A DNA stretch of 64,000 bases from Octopus vulgaris (GCA_951406725.2 OX597834.1:6944001-7008000); one strand, 5' to 3'. Positions 1 through 14,270 are shown, numbered from the stretch's first letter. Numbers and translations are program-made. The notes: a model not told the origin generated them from the sequence alone.

Positions 1-174
1 GATAGTAATAAGTGTTTATTGAAGAAATGAGTTGCAGAAAATCAAGCCATTGAGTAAGTTTCTTCACTGCCATTGAAAGAGCCAGAAACTGTAGTCAAAT
101 CACTCAAATAACATCATATTGCATTGAAAAAGGAAGGACACATTAGTTGCTGTAGTCTTAGACAGAAAAAGAAT

Positions 175-325
175 GTACAGCTGTGTGGTTGAAAAGCATA
201 CTTCCCGACCATATGGTCTTAGGTTCAACCTCTGTGTGTGACCCTTTGCATAAGTTTTTACTGTGAAAGCCCCCAGACTGTTGGGAATGAATTTGATTGG
301 CAGAAACTGAAAGAAGCCAGTTACA
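175..325 (+). mobile_element. SINE family A, diverged 5' part
   Basis: Matches family-A head GCTGTGTGGT..CCATATGGT..GGTTCA..ACCTTTGCATAAG..GAAACTGAAAGAAGCC seen in many copies in this window. Confidence 0.6.
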
Positions 326-443
326 CACTACGGTTGATATAATAGGCTTCATCAGTTTGTTTGTCCTCGTTTGACCCCTCTGTGTGAAGCCCCTTGTGGG
401 CAGTAGAGAAATAAGAAATAAGAAACTGAAAGAAGTCTATAAA

Positions 444-492
<49 letters not shown>

Positions 493-631
493 TGTGTGTA
501 GTGCCACCTAAAAGACACTGAGTACACTCTGCAAAGGGGTTAGCATGAGGAAGGGCTTCCAGCTGTAGAAACTGGACCAAAACAGATATTAGGGCCTGAT
601 GCAGACTTCTGGCTTGCCACCTTGTCATACC

Positions 632-1037
632 TAATTCTTTACTATCCACAAGGGGCTAAACGCAGAGGTGACAAACAAGGACAGACAAATGGCGTAAGTC
701 GATTATATCGACCCCAGTGTGTAACTGGTACTTAATTTATCGACCCCGAAAGGATGAAAGGCAAAGTCGACCTCGGCGGAATTTGAACTCAGAACGTAAT
801 GGCAGACGAAATACTTATTTCTTTACTACCCACAAGGGGCTAAACACAGAGGGGACAAACAAGGACAGACAAACGGATTAAGTCGATTACATCGACCCCA
901 GTGCATAACTGGTACTTAATTTATCGACCCCGAAAGGATGAAAGGCAAAGTCGACCTCGGCGGAATTTGAACTCAGAACGTAACGGCAGACGAAATACCG
1001 TTGAGTTTTTCGCCCGACGCACTAATGTTTCCGCCAT
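632..1037 (-). mobile_element. SINE family B (Meta-like central domain), tandem dimer with 184-bp unit
   Basis: B-box GAGTTCAAATTCC and GCCTTTCATCCTTTCGGGGTCGATAAATTAAGTACCAG occur twice, 184 bp apart. Confidence 0.85.
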
Positions 1038-1365
1038 ACCGTCCAGCCCATGCCAGCATGGAAAAACGATGATGATGATGGTATGTGTATTTTTGAGTGT
1101 GTGTTTTGCTTCAACAAATTCATGTGACCCATGCAAGCATAGAAAAGGGGACATTAAAAACTATGATGATGATACAGGTCCTTCAGGATGAAAGGGGGGG
1201 GGAGGATTTAAAAAAAAACCAAAGGCCTGTAGCAAAGGAATTCCAGTTATGACCATCCAGTTTGGTAAACTTATGCCAAATGAGGAAACTCATTCATTGA
1301 AATCTTTGTGATGAAAAGGAAGAGAAGGGGAAACAGGATGAGGATGATAAACAGGAATTTCACTG

Positions 1366-2337
1366 CAACCATCAAAACCACCACCACAACCACCACCACA
1401 ACCACCACCACAACCACCACTGTCATCATTCATGTCAACGTCAACATCATCACACCACCATCACCGTCATCATCATCATCATCAGCGGCAGCTGCAGCAG
1501 CACCATCATCACCATTGTCATGATGAATACCATCACCACCACCACCACCTCCACTGCCATCAGCATTCCCATTGCCATCATCATCATTGCCATCAGCGGC
1601 AGCACCAGCGCCATCACCTTTCTCACCACCACCATCACCATCATCACCATTGTCGTGATGAATACCACCACCACCACTACCACAATCATCATCACCATCC
1701 CCATAGCCATCATCATCATCATCACGATCATCATCCTCAACAACATCCTCTTCTTCTTTTTCTTCTTCTTCTCCTTCTTCTTCTTCTCCTTCTTCTTCTT
1801 CTTCTTCTTCTTCTTCTCCTCCTCCTCCTTCTTCTTCGTCTTCTTCTTCTTCTTCTTCTTCTTCTTCTTCTTCTTTTTTTCCTTCTTCTTCTACTTCTTC
1901 TTCTTCTCCTCCTCCTCTTCCTCCTCCTTCTTCTTCTTCTTCGTTGTCTTCTTCGTCTTCTTCTTCTTCTTCTTCTTCTTCTCCTTCTCTTTCTTCTTCT
2001 TCTTCTTCTTCTTCTCCTTCTCCTTCTCCTTCTCCTTCTTCTTCTTCTTCTCCTTCTTCTTCTTCTTCTTCTTCTTCTTCTTCTTCTTCTTCTTCTCCTT
2101 CTCCTTCTTCTTCTCCTTCTTCTTCTTCTTCTTCTTCTTTCTTCTCCTCCTCCTCCTCCTCCTTCTCCTTCTTCTCCTTCTTCTTCTTCTTCTTCTCCTT
2201 CTCCTTCTCTTTCTTCTTCTTCTTCTTCTTCTTCTTCTCCTTCTCCTTCTTCTTCTTCTTCTTCTTCTTCTTCTTCTTCTTCTTCTTCTTCTTCTTCTTC
2301 TCCTTCTTCTTCTTCTTCTTCTTCTTCTTCTTCTTCT
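1366..2337. repeat. (CAC/CAT)n followed by long (CTT)n microsatellite
   Basis: Direct inspection. Confidence 0.95.
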
Positions 2338-2859
2338 TTGGTAAATTATTTCAGACAGCGGAATCAACTGATAAATGACTGGTTTTTTCTCTGACTAAAA
2401 GAGTTCAATTGCTCCTCTATTCGTATTTCCACCAGAACAGCAGACTAAATATATATATCTGAAAGATTATGTCCAGATGATCAAATGATCAAACTTCAGT
2501 GTCCTGCATGCCAACACCAACACCAACACCAATGCCACATTTCCGATGCCAGCACTACCACCACCACCTCCACTACCACCACCACCACCATATTCCTGTT
2601 CATATATTTGTGCAAACTTTAGCAAACATTGTACTAAAGCCGGTGAATTTAAAAGCTGATCGACATCTTGTATTACAATATTGAGTCAACATTGAATTAA
2701 TTAAGCCCTCATTAATCTTACAACTTTAGATAATTGATAAGTGTTGGATCAACATCGAACCCTTGACCTTCTTCCTGTGATGAAGTTCACTGGCTTTATT
2801 ATAAACCTCAGTCATTAATCCCAATGAATAGCTTCATCATTCAATAATGCATACACATA

Positions 2860-2892
2860 TACACATAGATATACACACAGTCAGAAATACTG

Positions 2893-2925
<33 letters not shown>

Positions 2926-2963
2926 GTATATATATATATATACACACACATATATAAATATGC

Positions 2964-3048
<85 letters not shown>

Positions 3049-3400
3049 TATATGTATATATATATATACACACATATATGTGTATATATATATACACACA
3101 CACATATATATATGTATATACAAATACACACACACACACATATATATATATATATGTATATACACACACATACACACATATATATATATATACACACATA
3201 GCTACGTGCTTACATTTACAGATATGTACATATTTATATTCATACATACTCAAATACATTTGTACTTACAGATGTATGCATGCTTGTATGCAAGTACATG
3301 CATGCATACAAATATACAAATATGATTACATATGCATATATATAAATACATACACACGTATGTATGTGAGTGTGTGTGTGTGTGTGTGTGTGCATAAATA
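2860..3400. repeat. (TA)n/(CA)n compound microsatellite
   Basis: Direct inspection. Confidence 0.9.
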
Positions 3401-3510
3401 TTGGATAGAGGTACAAGAATGCACCAATATTTACTGGAAATAGCAGTCGATTATATACAGTGCTATTTAATATTTTCTATGTGTGTGTGTGTATGTTTAT
3501 ATATATATAT

Positions 3511-3728
3511 ACTCTTTTAATCTTTTACTTGTTTCAGTCATTTGATTGCGGCCATGCTGGAGCACCACCTTTAGTCAAGCAAATCGACCCCGGGATTTAT
3601 TCTTTGTAAGCCCAGTACTTATTCTATCGGACTCTTTTTGCCGAACCGTTAAGTGATCGGGACGTAAACACACCAGCATTGGTTGTCAAGCAATGGTGGG
3701 GGGATAAACACAGACACAAACATATACG

Positions 3729-3760
<32 letters not shown>
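3511..3760 (-). mobile_element. SINE family A, 3' half, truncated at its internal (TA)n
   Basis: CTTTTACTTGTTTCAGTCATTTGA..GGCCATGCTGGAGCACC tail. Confidence 0.85.
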
Positions 3761-3768
<8 letters not shown>

Positions 3769-3888
3769 AGGAATTCCAACCTTGTCTGATTATCACGTTT
3801 TATTTACAGTCTTATAATGATATAATATAAGATAAAATAATATAATAAAATAAAATAAAATAATAGAATGTTAAATGTTCATTCTGAT

Positions 3889-3933
3889 TGAACTAGTACT
3901 TTCATGCATTAAATTCTGCAATCTTCAGGTTCA
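3889..3933 (-). ncRNA. Minimal type I hammerhead ribozyme motif
   Basis: Minus strand reads UGAAC-CUGAAGA-U-UGCA(gaauuuaa)UGCA-U-GAAA-GUAC-UA-GUUCA. Stem I is UGAAC/GUUCA and stem III is the palindrome AGUACU. Confidence 0.75.
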
Positions 3934-4014
3934 TGTAGTAGTGGTGACAGTCATGCTTCACAATTTTTGACTGCTACTTACCACAAGGCCACTTCTGCAC
4001 CTATTATATATATA

Positions 4015-4632
<618 letters not shown>

Positions 4633-4809
4633 TATTAGGGAAATTATTTCCAAGTCCACAGGGTAGAGAAGTTCAATTTAGTGGTACTAAAATGAATTAC
4701 TCACTGTATTATATATATATATTATATTTAGGGTTACTCACCTTAAATGAAGATAGTAGTGGTTGTGATAAATGTGATGACGGTGATGATAATAATAATA
4801 ATAGTGAAA

Positions 4810-5138
4810 ATCAAAATGTGACTTATATTGGATCAACATCTAATAAAATTAAACAAAGGGTGGCTCAGTATTTGTACACTTTTAAGAATAAAAAATTGAT
4901 GAACTTGACAGGCTTCAGTAAATATATATGGGAATTAAAAGCTAAAGTTAGAAAGTATAAATTAAAAAGGGAAATAATATGTAAAACGAAATCATATAGA
5001 ATAGGTAATGAATTCTGTCTTCTGTGTACACACGAATATATGGAAATATTAAAAGCTAAAATAAGACCGGTCAATACCAAGGATGAACGAAAAATTAAAT
5101 GTAAAAATAAACTGAATTGCCTATTTAATAAGATGTGA
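4810..5138 (+). pseudogene. GIY-YIG endonuclease C-terminus of a Penelope-like retroelement, followed by an AT-rich 3' region to about 6260
   Basis: [39 protein letters not shown]; decayed CTGAAGA..GAAAC HHR-like motif near 5992-6085. Confidence 0.8.
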
Positions 5139-6316
5139 TAACATTTGATTCTTTAGAAAATAAATAAAACCATAATTTTAAATTAAATAAAATTCAATCA
5201 TAATACTTAGATATAATGTATAATCATATTTTATTATTTAGTATTACTAGAATATATCTACTTATTTATATATAAACGTAAGATAATATTTAACTTCTAA
5301 TTTCAGATATTTTAGTTTCTTAATAAAAATTTATAGTATAATAATAGATGGTATTATTCTAAATTTTTAATCTTAATTTAGAAGCTCAATTTTAAGAATA
5401 ATGTCAATTTTAAGAATAATAGTATAATCAATATAGATTAGTTGTATTATAATTATAAAATGATAAAAAATTAAATTTTTACTGATTTTTACTGACTTTT
5501 ATTTGTTTCAAAATATTTAAAATATTTTAATATCATATGTTGAGTAATTTTAGTTTACCTATTTACCGACCTAGAAATTTATTATTTATCAAAGTTAACA
5601 TATCAATGACATAAATTAACCAGGTAAAAAAAAGAGACTATTCCCATCATTCATTCACTTCTGGCTTCTCCTGATTTATTATTATAAATAATAGAAAATA
5701 CCTTTTAAGAACTTTTAAATGCAAAATAAGAATTACCTCCCCCAAAAAGTAGCTCTCAATCTTGAATTATACGATTGCTGGTTGCCATGTTTAATTCATG
5801 GAGAGAAAATTACCATACAGATAAGTTAACATTTCTTTTTATTAACATTTCATTTTACTAACAACTTTTATTCCACATTTCTGTTCATTATTTACTAAAG
5901 TAAAATTATTCGACCTTCTAGTTATGTAATTTTAGTTTGTCATGTCTTTATATAGGATGTAAACAGCAAAATAAGTTCATATATGCTAGACCTGAAGATT
6001 GGCAATATAATTGTTTTAATATGGTATTGTATTTAGAGACTTTCTATTTCAGCAATATCAAGGAATATGCTGTCATGAAACGCACATAGTAATGTATATG
6101 ATTTGAACTAAGAATTGAAGGTATTAATTTTGATAATTCAGAATAAGAATTGTAGGTATTATTTTTGATAATTTTAATATTTAGTCCTATATGTACTTAT
6201 TGTATATAATGTCATTCAATGATGATTAAGTTGCTTGAGGGTGATTCTTTCTCTTAAACCTATATATGTGTGTGTGTGTATAACAGGTATATTCATATGC
6301 ACATACCCATATATAT

Positions 6317-7578
6317 ACAGGGGAAGGGGAATAAACTATCATCTAAATAATGTGAAGATGAAACAAGCACTGACTTCTCATTTTAACGGATATATTAACC
6401 AAAATCACATAAAATTGTCTTGAAATACAAAAGAGGAAATTTATTCAATAAAATCTCCATTGGCTTCAACCACAGCCTACAGATAACTTTAGAATCTCCT
6501 GCAATTCCTCTTGACAGTCTCCTTGTTTAAGATGGTGAACGCTGCCATAATCCTTGCCTTTAGTTCGTCTTTGGTGTTACAAGGAGTTTTGTTGGTCACT
6601 TGATCAATTGTGCCCCACACATAATAATCAAGGGAGTTGTAGTCTGGGAAGTTATGTGGCTGGATGTTAGGTGTGATGTGGTTGCAGAAATTGCCTGAGA
6701 GCAATGACTGGGTTCTCCTGTTTTTGTAGCATGGTGCAGAGTCCTATTTCCAGACATAGGGTCTCCCAGCAGCCACTCTCTTGATGCAGGGCAGCACTAT
6801 CTCCTCCAGGTACTTGATGTAGACCACCGTGTTGAATGTGAGGCTATGTGGGAAGAAGAATGGAGGCATAACGTCGCCACCACTAGGGATCACTTCAAAC
6901 ACCATGATGCTGACTGGATGTTTGATTTCTATCACTCTTGGTACATGTCCTCAAATTTCTCTGTCCTCAGATTGACATCCAAACACTTAAATATTTGTAC
7001 CGGAGCTTCCAGTCCAAATGCATGCTGTTTCCAAATTTCGGTACTACTAGTGAACAGTGGTCCCGGTGCATGCTCTCGCACATCCGCACTAGCTAGTCAT
7101 AAGTGGTCGATCCTACAACGACTTTTTAACCTTAACCCTAAATCTAAACCTAATTTTTTAACCCTAACACTAAACCTAACCCAAATCTGAACCCTAACCT
7201 TAGTTTGTTTATAAAAACAATTTATTTACTTAGTTTAAAAAATTATTTACTTTGCGTTTTATTTACTTTGTTCGAAAAATATTATTTAATTTTCTTTGAT
7301 ATGTATTCAGCCTTGAAATACAAACATACGTGCATGTCATGGTAGGATTGACTAGTTACGACTAGGTAGCGCGGATGTGCGAGTGTGCACACTGGGACCT
7401 CTGTTTGCTAGTAGTACCCAAATTTCTGGCTGACCAAATTGCATCATGGTGTTATTTTTCTCACAGATGGTGCCCAACTGACCCTACTATACTGTGTAGT
7501 CAACAAAATCAAAAATAAGCAATGCACATGCCTGAAACTAAAAATCTAAAATGGCAGCAATTTACCCATTGCACAGTA
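6317..7578 (-). mobile_element. maT/DD37D-type mariner-like DNA transposon remnant
   Basis: Minus-strand ORFs KHPVSIMVF..GDVMPPFFF..YLEEIVLPCIKRVAAGRPYVW and PDYNSLDYYVWG..NTKDELKARI; TA-flanked CAG start. Confidence 0.8.
7040..7418. mobile_element. MITE with ~75-bp TIRs beginning GGTAC and 8-bp TSD CAAATTTC (Merlin-like), internal degenerate (TAACCC)n
   Basis: TIR GGTACTACTAG..ATCCTAC at both ends; CAAATTTC at 7032-7039 and 7419-7426. Confidence 0.8.
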
Positions 7579-7579
7579 T

Positions 7580-7894
7580 ACACACACACACAAATATACA
7601 TACTTATGTACATGCATGCATACACACAGAGACAAACATGCATCTAGACACATACATACATGCATATCAGTGTTTGTGTGCACATATACATACATGCACA
7701 CAGACATACATACAAACATATATACATAGATTCATACATGGAGACATAGATGCATACATATACATACACATGCATACATATATACATACACACTACACAT
7801 ACATATATACACACATACATACATACATACATACCTACATACACACACATACATACATACATTCACATACATACATACACATACACACATATAC

Positions 7895-7925
<31 letters not shown>

Positions 7926-8193
7926 TACACACAAACACACACACACACACATACACATACACACATACACACATACACACACATAAACACATACACATAC
8001 ACACATACACATACACACATACACATACACACATACACATACACACATACACACATACACACAAACACATACACATACATATACATACACACATACACGC
8101 ACACACATACACACATACGCACATGCATACACATATATACTTTCATAGATGCATACACACACACATACATACATGCATACATACATACATACA

Positions 8194-8227
<34 letters not shown>

Positions 8228-8690
8228 CATACACACACATACATACATACATGCATACTTACATACATACATACATTCATACATACATACATACATACAT
8301 TCATACATACCTACATACATACATACATTCATACATACATACATACATACATGCATACATACATATATACATACACACACATATACATACATACTTACAT
8401 ACTTACATACATACACATACATACATACATACACATACATGCATGCATGCATACATACTTACATACAATCATACATACATACATTCACACATACATGCAT
8501 GCATGCATACATATTTACATACTTACATACATACATACATAAATACATACATACATACTTATATACATACACACACACATATACATACACATACATACAT
8601 ATATCCATACATACATACACACATACATACACATACATACTTTCATAGATACACACACACATATACATACATATATATACATACATACTC
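7580..8690. repeat. (CATA)n/(CA)n/(CACATA)n compound microsatellite
   Basis: Direct inspection. Confidence 0.95.
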
Positions 8691-9567
8691 CTACACAACA
8701 CGCAGATAGCACAAATCTCTTAGCTTTCGATATTCACGGACATTGATCATAAAAGGAATCACCACTTCTAAATATTGCTCTGATAACCTGTTCACAACAA
8801 ATATCACAGACATTTATGCGATATCTCCCTTTTATGACATGTCTAACTACCACACGTTTGTCTCATGCTATTTCCAACTAAAACCTATCTCTCTCTTAAC
8901 ATTTCTACTGGGTCTCCTTTGACTGTCATCAACCTTGAACCATTATGTAAATGAGATGTGAAGCGTTGGCTTGGAAAATTGGCAGGAATGTTAGAATGTT
9001 TTGTGAAATGTTTTGCTGTATTTAAACTGGTGCTTTGCGTTGTGAGTTCAAATCTTACCGAGGTCGTCTTTGATTTTCTTTTTCTTGTCTTATCTTTTAT
9101 TTTTTTTTTTTGTCATTGGAATCCAGCCATGCTGGAGCACTACCCTGAATAATTTTAGTCGAATGTATCAACTCTCGTATTTATGATTCTTTTAAGCCTA
9201 GTTCTTACTCTTTCGGTCTCTTTTGCTGAACTGCTATGTTACAGGGAATTAAAGAAATTAGCATTTTAGTCAAATGTATCAACTTTAATATTTATGATTC
9301 TTTTAAGCCTGGTTCTTACTCTTTTGGTCTCTTTTGCTGAACTGCTATGTTACAGGGAATGAAAGAAATTTGCACCAGGGAATTAAAGTCTTGTTCTATC
9401 ACAAGGTTTGACACCTCCACCTAGCCCTTGGGTGGTTTTACTGGAAATGAATCTGTTGTGAGCATTCAAGGTGGATTTCAGATTTGATGATGCATTCCTT
9501 TCAGCAGACCCAGAGGCCCTGAAAAGTGCTACTGCCACTGACTATGGGATAAGTATTTTGTTTATGT

Positions 9568-9950
9568 GGAGGCGCAATGGCCCAGTTGTTAGGGCAGCGG
9601 ACTCGCGGTCATAGGATCGCGGTTTCGATTCCCAGACCGGGCGTTGTGAGTGTTTACTGAGCGAAAACACCTAAAAGCTCCACAAGGCTCCGGCAGGGAT
9701 GGTGGTGATCCCTGCTGTACTCTTTCACCACAACTTTCTCTCACTCTTACTTCCTGTTTCTGTTGTACCTGTATTTCAAGGGGCCGACCTTGTCACTCTC
9801 CGTGTCACGCTGAATATCCCCGAGAACTACGTTAAGGGTGCAAGTGTCTGTGGAGTGCTCAGCCACTTACACATTAATTTCACGAGCAGGCTGTTCCGTT
9901 GATTCGGATCAACCGGAACCTTCGTCGTCGTAACTGACGGAGTGCTTCCA
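9568..9950 (+). mobile_element. SINE family C (tRNA-derived head), tail type 1, TSD TATTTTGTTTAT
   Basis: GGAGGCGCAATGGCCCAG..GGTTTCGATTCCC head; near-identical to 56399-56783 and 62941-63323. Confidence 0.9.
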
Positions 9951-11009
9951 TATTTTGTTTATATTGTAAGTAGTAACCATTTGCTATTCAAATGGAAAAG
10001 AAGATACGGAAAGAAGTAGTGAAGACCAATCTCAATGGATTTGAACTTCTTGAAGGAGATGACGAGAAGGCCAGTTTGAGAGATGTTTCAAATAGAAATG
10101 TGTCCTGTTCAACCTATGCAAGCATGAAAAGGACTTGTAAAAGGCAGGTGACGATGATATGTATATGTAATTGTTTACGTTGAATTTTTAGAGAAACAAA
10201 TATATGTCTGTCCTTCTGTCGGTGTGAATGTGTATGTCTCTCTCTCTCTCTCTCTCACTCTCTCTCTCTCTCTCTCTCTATGTATTGGTCTTCTTTACTT
10301 AATTCAAGCACATGTTTTAGTCTTCAAATTAACTGCTTCATTTTATTTAAAAAAACATAAAACTTTATCCTATTCCTATATATATATATTTAATGATATA
10401 TATGCACCAAAGAATGTATGTTTAATTTATCACCTTTGAACAAGTACTGGAAACATGTTTTCGGTGCAAACAAACTCTCTGCATTAATTATACTCATCAC
10501 AACGACCACCATAATTACTTCAAACAACCTATAATAAACTTTATATATCGAAATCTTTCAGATGTTCTCTACTTTTAAACTTGTCATTTCTACATATGTA
10601 AATACCTTTCTACATCCAGTTCTCCTTTAGTTTTACAGCTTGTTTTAACCAAAACACACACACGGCCAGCTGGAGCACTGCCTATTAAGGCTATTTTCCC
10701 TCTTTTCTCTTTGTTCTTACTTTCTTTTCGCTATAATATACAAGGTCAGCTGGAGCAGAGCTCATATACATTTCTACACACAGTTCTTTTAGCTTATTTT
10801 TACTCTGATATCTAAGGCCAAACAGGAGCACTGCTTGCATTTACACATTGTGTGAGTCCTCATAGACAAGGCCATGCTACATATTTTTACACAAGGATCT
10901 TATTTCAGTTTCTTGGTTAGCTTTAACCATCATGTTTACACCAATGTTGGAGCATTTCCTTTAAGTATAAGCACTTCTATATACAAGTATATACAAAAGC
11001 ATAGATATA

Positions 11010-11169
11010 CGCAGGAATGGCTGTGTGGTAAGTAGCTTGTTTACCAACCACATGGTTCCGGGTTCAGTCCCACTGCGTGGCACCTTGGGCAAGTATTTTC
11101 TACTATAGCCTCGGGCCAACCAAAGCCTTGTGAGTGGATTTGGTAGATGGAAACTAAAAGAAGCCCGTC

Positions 11170-11209
<40 letters not shown>

Positions 11210-11437
11210 GCATGTGTATGTTTGTGTGTCTGTGTTTGTCCCCCTAGCATTGCTTGACAACCGATGCTGGTGTGTTTATGTCCCTGTTACTTAGCGGTTC
11301 GGCAAAAGAGACTGATAGAATAAGTACTGGGCTTACAAAAGAATAAGTCCCGGGGTCGAGTTGCTCGATTGGAGGCAGTGCTCCAGCATGGCCAGTCAAA
11401 TGACTGAAACAAGTAAAAGAGTAAAAGAGTAAAGAGT
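11010..11437 (+). mobile_element. SINE family A
   Basis: Full head, internal TA tract, GTAAAAGA tail. Confidence 0.9.
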
Positions 11438-11904
11438 ATACCTATACATGTAAAGGTTTAGTTAATGTTATTCTTTTGTTCTTTTACTTGTTTCAGTCAT
11501 TTGACTGCTGCCATGCTGGAGCATATTCTGTCTGTTATATCTGCAAACTGGCTATATCTGGCCTCTTACCCCTAACCTACAATGTCGTTGAATAAACCGT
11601 CACATCAACACTATGAAGTAATGCATGATTAATTGAAGACAACATGAATAGATAAGCATTATATTTGACAGACTAATCAGAATGCTAATTAATTAAAAGC
11701 TTATTAATTGCATTGGCTCTTGCATACACCAATGTCCATGAGTATATATACTTGTGTTGATACCTATTTCTCGTATTAAGCCTGTTTTATGAGCCCTAAA
11801 TGATGGCCTCAAATTCTGATTCAAGCCAGTAAGTTTGAGGGGAATATGCAAATTGATTACATTAACCCCAGTGCACAACTGGTATTCATTTTATCATTTT
11901 ATCA

Positions 11905-12115
11905 GTACTGCCTAACTGGACCCCATGCCGGTGGCACATAAAAGCACCCACTACACTCTCGGAGTGGTTGGCGTTAGGAAGGGCATCCAGCTGTAGAAAC
12001 TCTGTCAAATCAAAATTGGAGCCTGGTGCAGCCATCTGGTTCGCCAGCCCTCAGTCAAAATCGTCCAACCCATGCCAGCATGGAAAGCGGACGTTAAACG
12101 ATGATGATGATGATT
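11905..12115 (+). mobile_element. 3' tail fragment of RTE-type LINE
   Basis: GTTAGGAAGGGCATCCAGCTGTAGAAAC..CCAACCCATGCCAGCATGGAAA..(ATG)n, same as the tail of 32712-33698. Confidence 0.75.
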
Positions 12116-12269
12116 TCTGAAAGGATGAATGGCAAAAGGGGCCTCAGTAGTATTTGAAATCAGAATATAAAGAGCCAGAAGAAATACAGTTATGCTTTTC
12201 GCCCAACACAATAATAATTCTGCCATCTCACCACTTTGTGATCCTTAAGTGATGAATTATATTTGCAAA

Positions 12270-12570
12270 CCCGAGGCCTGTGAACTGGCAGAAAACAATA
12301 TCCTGTCCTTTATTCTATGAAGAATATTGCTGTACAACTAAGGAATTTTATATAAAGGAATTCTTTGAAAAACTAAGCGTTTCATGGAATGAATCATCTG
12401 GAAGATATAGTTTTTCATATAGGGATTCCATAAAGAAACCTCTATTACAGAATTCGTACTTAAATGCCTGTGGCAAATGAAAGCACTGGAAGCCTTTGAA
12501 CAAGATATAGCGAACATGATAGAGGAGATAGAGTTCAGAAATTCTTCTAACACCTTTCAAAATACTCTTA
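12270..12570 (+). pseudogene. Penelope-like ORF fragment upstream of the RT core (frameshifted)
   Basis: ..KKPLLQ.. then ALEAFEQDIANMIEEIEFRNSSNTFQN, resembling the PLE pre-RT region. Confidence 0.5.
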
Positions 12571-12789
12571 TGAATGAGCAGAAGCTTATACCATAATCCT
12601 AGTAAACTGCATATCCCCACCACCATTACTGCCACCACCAGCAACACCATGGTTAAGAGAAAAACTTTTATAAGAGCAAGAAATTTCTGTGTAATCAATT
12701 TCTCTTACTAAAACTGGTTTCTTATATAAAAACAAAGGAAACTTTACCATAGCGCATTCAACAATATTGGTTTCAGATTTCAGCATAAA

Positions 12790-13360
12790 GCTAAAGGCTA
12801 GCAATTTTAAGGGACGGGGGAAGTCAATTACGTCAACCCCCAGAGATCAACTGGGGCTTATTTTACTGATCCTCGAAGGCACGAAAGGCAAAAGTTCACC
12901 TTGGTTGAATTTGAACTCAGAACATGAAGACAGACAACATACCTATTTCTTTATTACCCACATGGGGCTAAACACAGAGAGGACAAACAAGGACAGACAA
13001 AGGGATTAAGTCGATTATATCGACACCAGTGCATAACTGGTACTTATTTAATCCACCCCGAAAGGATGAAAGGCAAAGTTGACCTCGGTGGAATTTGAAC
13101 TCAGAACATTACAGCAGACGAAATACCTATTTCTTTACTAACCACAAGGGACTGAACATAGAAGGGACAAACAAGGACAGATAAAGGGATTCAGTCGATT
13201 ATATCGACCCCAGTGCGTAACTGGTACATATTTAATCGACCCTGAAAGGATGAAAGGCAAAGTTCACCTTGGTTGAATTTGAACTCAGAACGTAGCAACA
13301 GACGAAATATTGCTAAGCATTTTGCCTGGCGTGCTAACGATTCTGCCAGCTCACCACATA
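12790..13360 (-). mobile_element. SINE family B tandem multimer (about 3 units, 184-bp period)
   Basis: Junction TACCTATTTCT at 12940 and 13124. Confidence 0.85.
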
Positions 13361-13618
13361 CCGATAAGCAATTTGCCTGATGTACTACGATTCTACCAGC
13401 TCACTGCTTTAACCTATTCTTCAATATTAATAAGAGTGTAAAGCAATTAGCGTTAGTCATTAAAAATAAGTTGTGATTGAAAATAGTTCACCGGTGTGCT
13501 GAGGCTGGGTAAAGGATTTTACATTTAGATATAACTGGGGTACTTATGTGTACACGTGACTCTTGTTGTGCTTTTTTCCATATGTGCATATAAGCATTTC
13601 ATTTATATTTTATCATAT

Positions 13619-13677
13619 TTTTTACTGAAGAGGGAAGAATCTATAAGATTAATCCCGAAATTGATTCAATATAGAAA
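13619..13677 (+). ncRNA. Minimal type I hammerhead ribozyme motif
   Basis: UUUUUA-CUGAAGA-GGGA..AAUCU(aua)AGAUU..UCCC-GAAA-UUGAUUCAA-UA-UAGAAA. Confidence 0.7.
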
Positions 13678-13976
13678 TAATGAACTGTTTAAAAAAAATT
13701 CTGTTGGCTAGCTTTCCTTGATTTCAGCACAACGTGTATTTATAGTGAATGTAAAATGAAATATGGAAATTGACGATTTAAAGTCTGTTATCAGCATATT
13801 GTCATAGAAATAATTTTTCATTTGCCCTTGTTTATAGATTGTTGATATATATATATATATATATATAATATAATATAATAAAGGCTCCCAAATAAGGAAG
13901 CAAGTGCTAGAGACACAAAGAGGGATAAATTCATCAAAGGAATGAAAATCAAAAACATTTACCATTATAGATGTAT

Positions 13977-14052
13977 CCCAGACTGATCAGTTTCTACCTC
14001 TTTCTAGCAAAACATACAGAATATGTTTGCCCAGGCAAGGTTCGTCAGTGGG
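13977..14052 (-). ncRNA. Type I hammerhead ribozyme motif (left arm of palindrome)
   Basis: Reverse complement of 14195-14270. Confidence 0.8.
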
Positions 14053-14194
14053 TAGCCTTCCAAATCCTAGATGCACAGAGAGTTAGAGCACATGTAGCTC
14101 TAACGGTTTGTAAATCTTAACAAATGTTAAGATTTACGAACCGTTAGAGCTACACGTAATCTAACTCTCTGTGCATCTAGGATTTGGAAGGCTA

Positions 14195-14270
14195 CCCACT
14201 GACGAACCTTGCCTGGGCAAACATATTCTGTATGTTTTGCTAGAAAGAGGTAGAAACTGATCAGTCTGGG
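14195..14270 (+). ncRNA. Type I hammerhead ribozyme motif, predicted cleavage after GUC (C14266)
   Basis: CCCA-CUGACGA-ACCU..GCAAACAUA/UAUGUUUUGC..AGGU-A-GAAA-CUGAUCAG-UC-UGGG. Confidence 0.8.

Noticed and set aside
1308-2394. Long ORFs (poly-H/L/S/F/R, up to 320 aa)
   Set aside because: Translations of trinucleotide microsatellites
7551-8712. 365-aa HT/YI-rich ORF and similar ORFs at 2837-3443, 33857-34491, 41849-42283, 48687-49586 and 57423-58102
   Set aside because: Stop-free dinucleotide and tetranucleotide repeats with no coding signal
9480-9555. Possible small exon (TTTCAG..FDDAFLSADPEALKS)
   Set aside because: No canonical GT donor and no recognisable protein or partner exons
9568-9645. 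tRNA-like sequences (also 35265, 47800, 56710, 62941)
   Set aside because: SINE heads continuing into SINE bodies with TSDs; no complete acceptor stem
10445-10500. HHR-like remnant (AAACATGTTTTCG..CTCATCAC)
   Set aside because: Core and stems too degenerate to call
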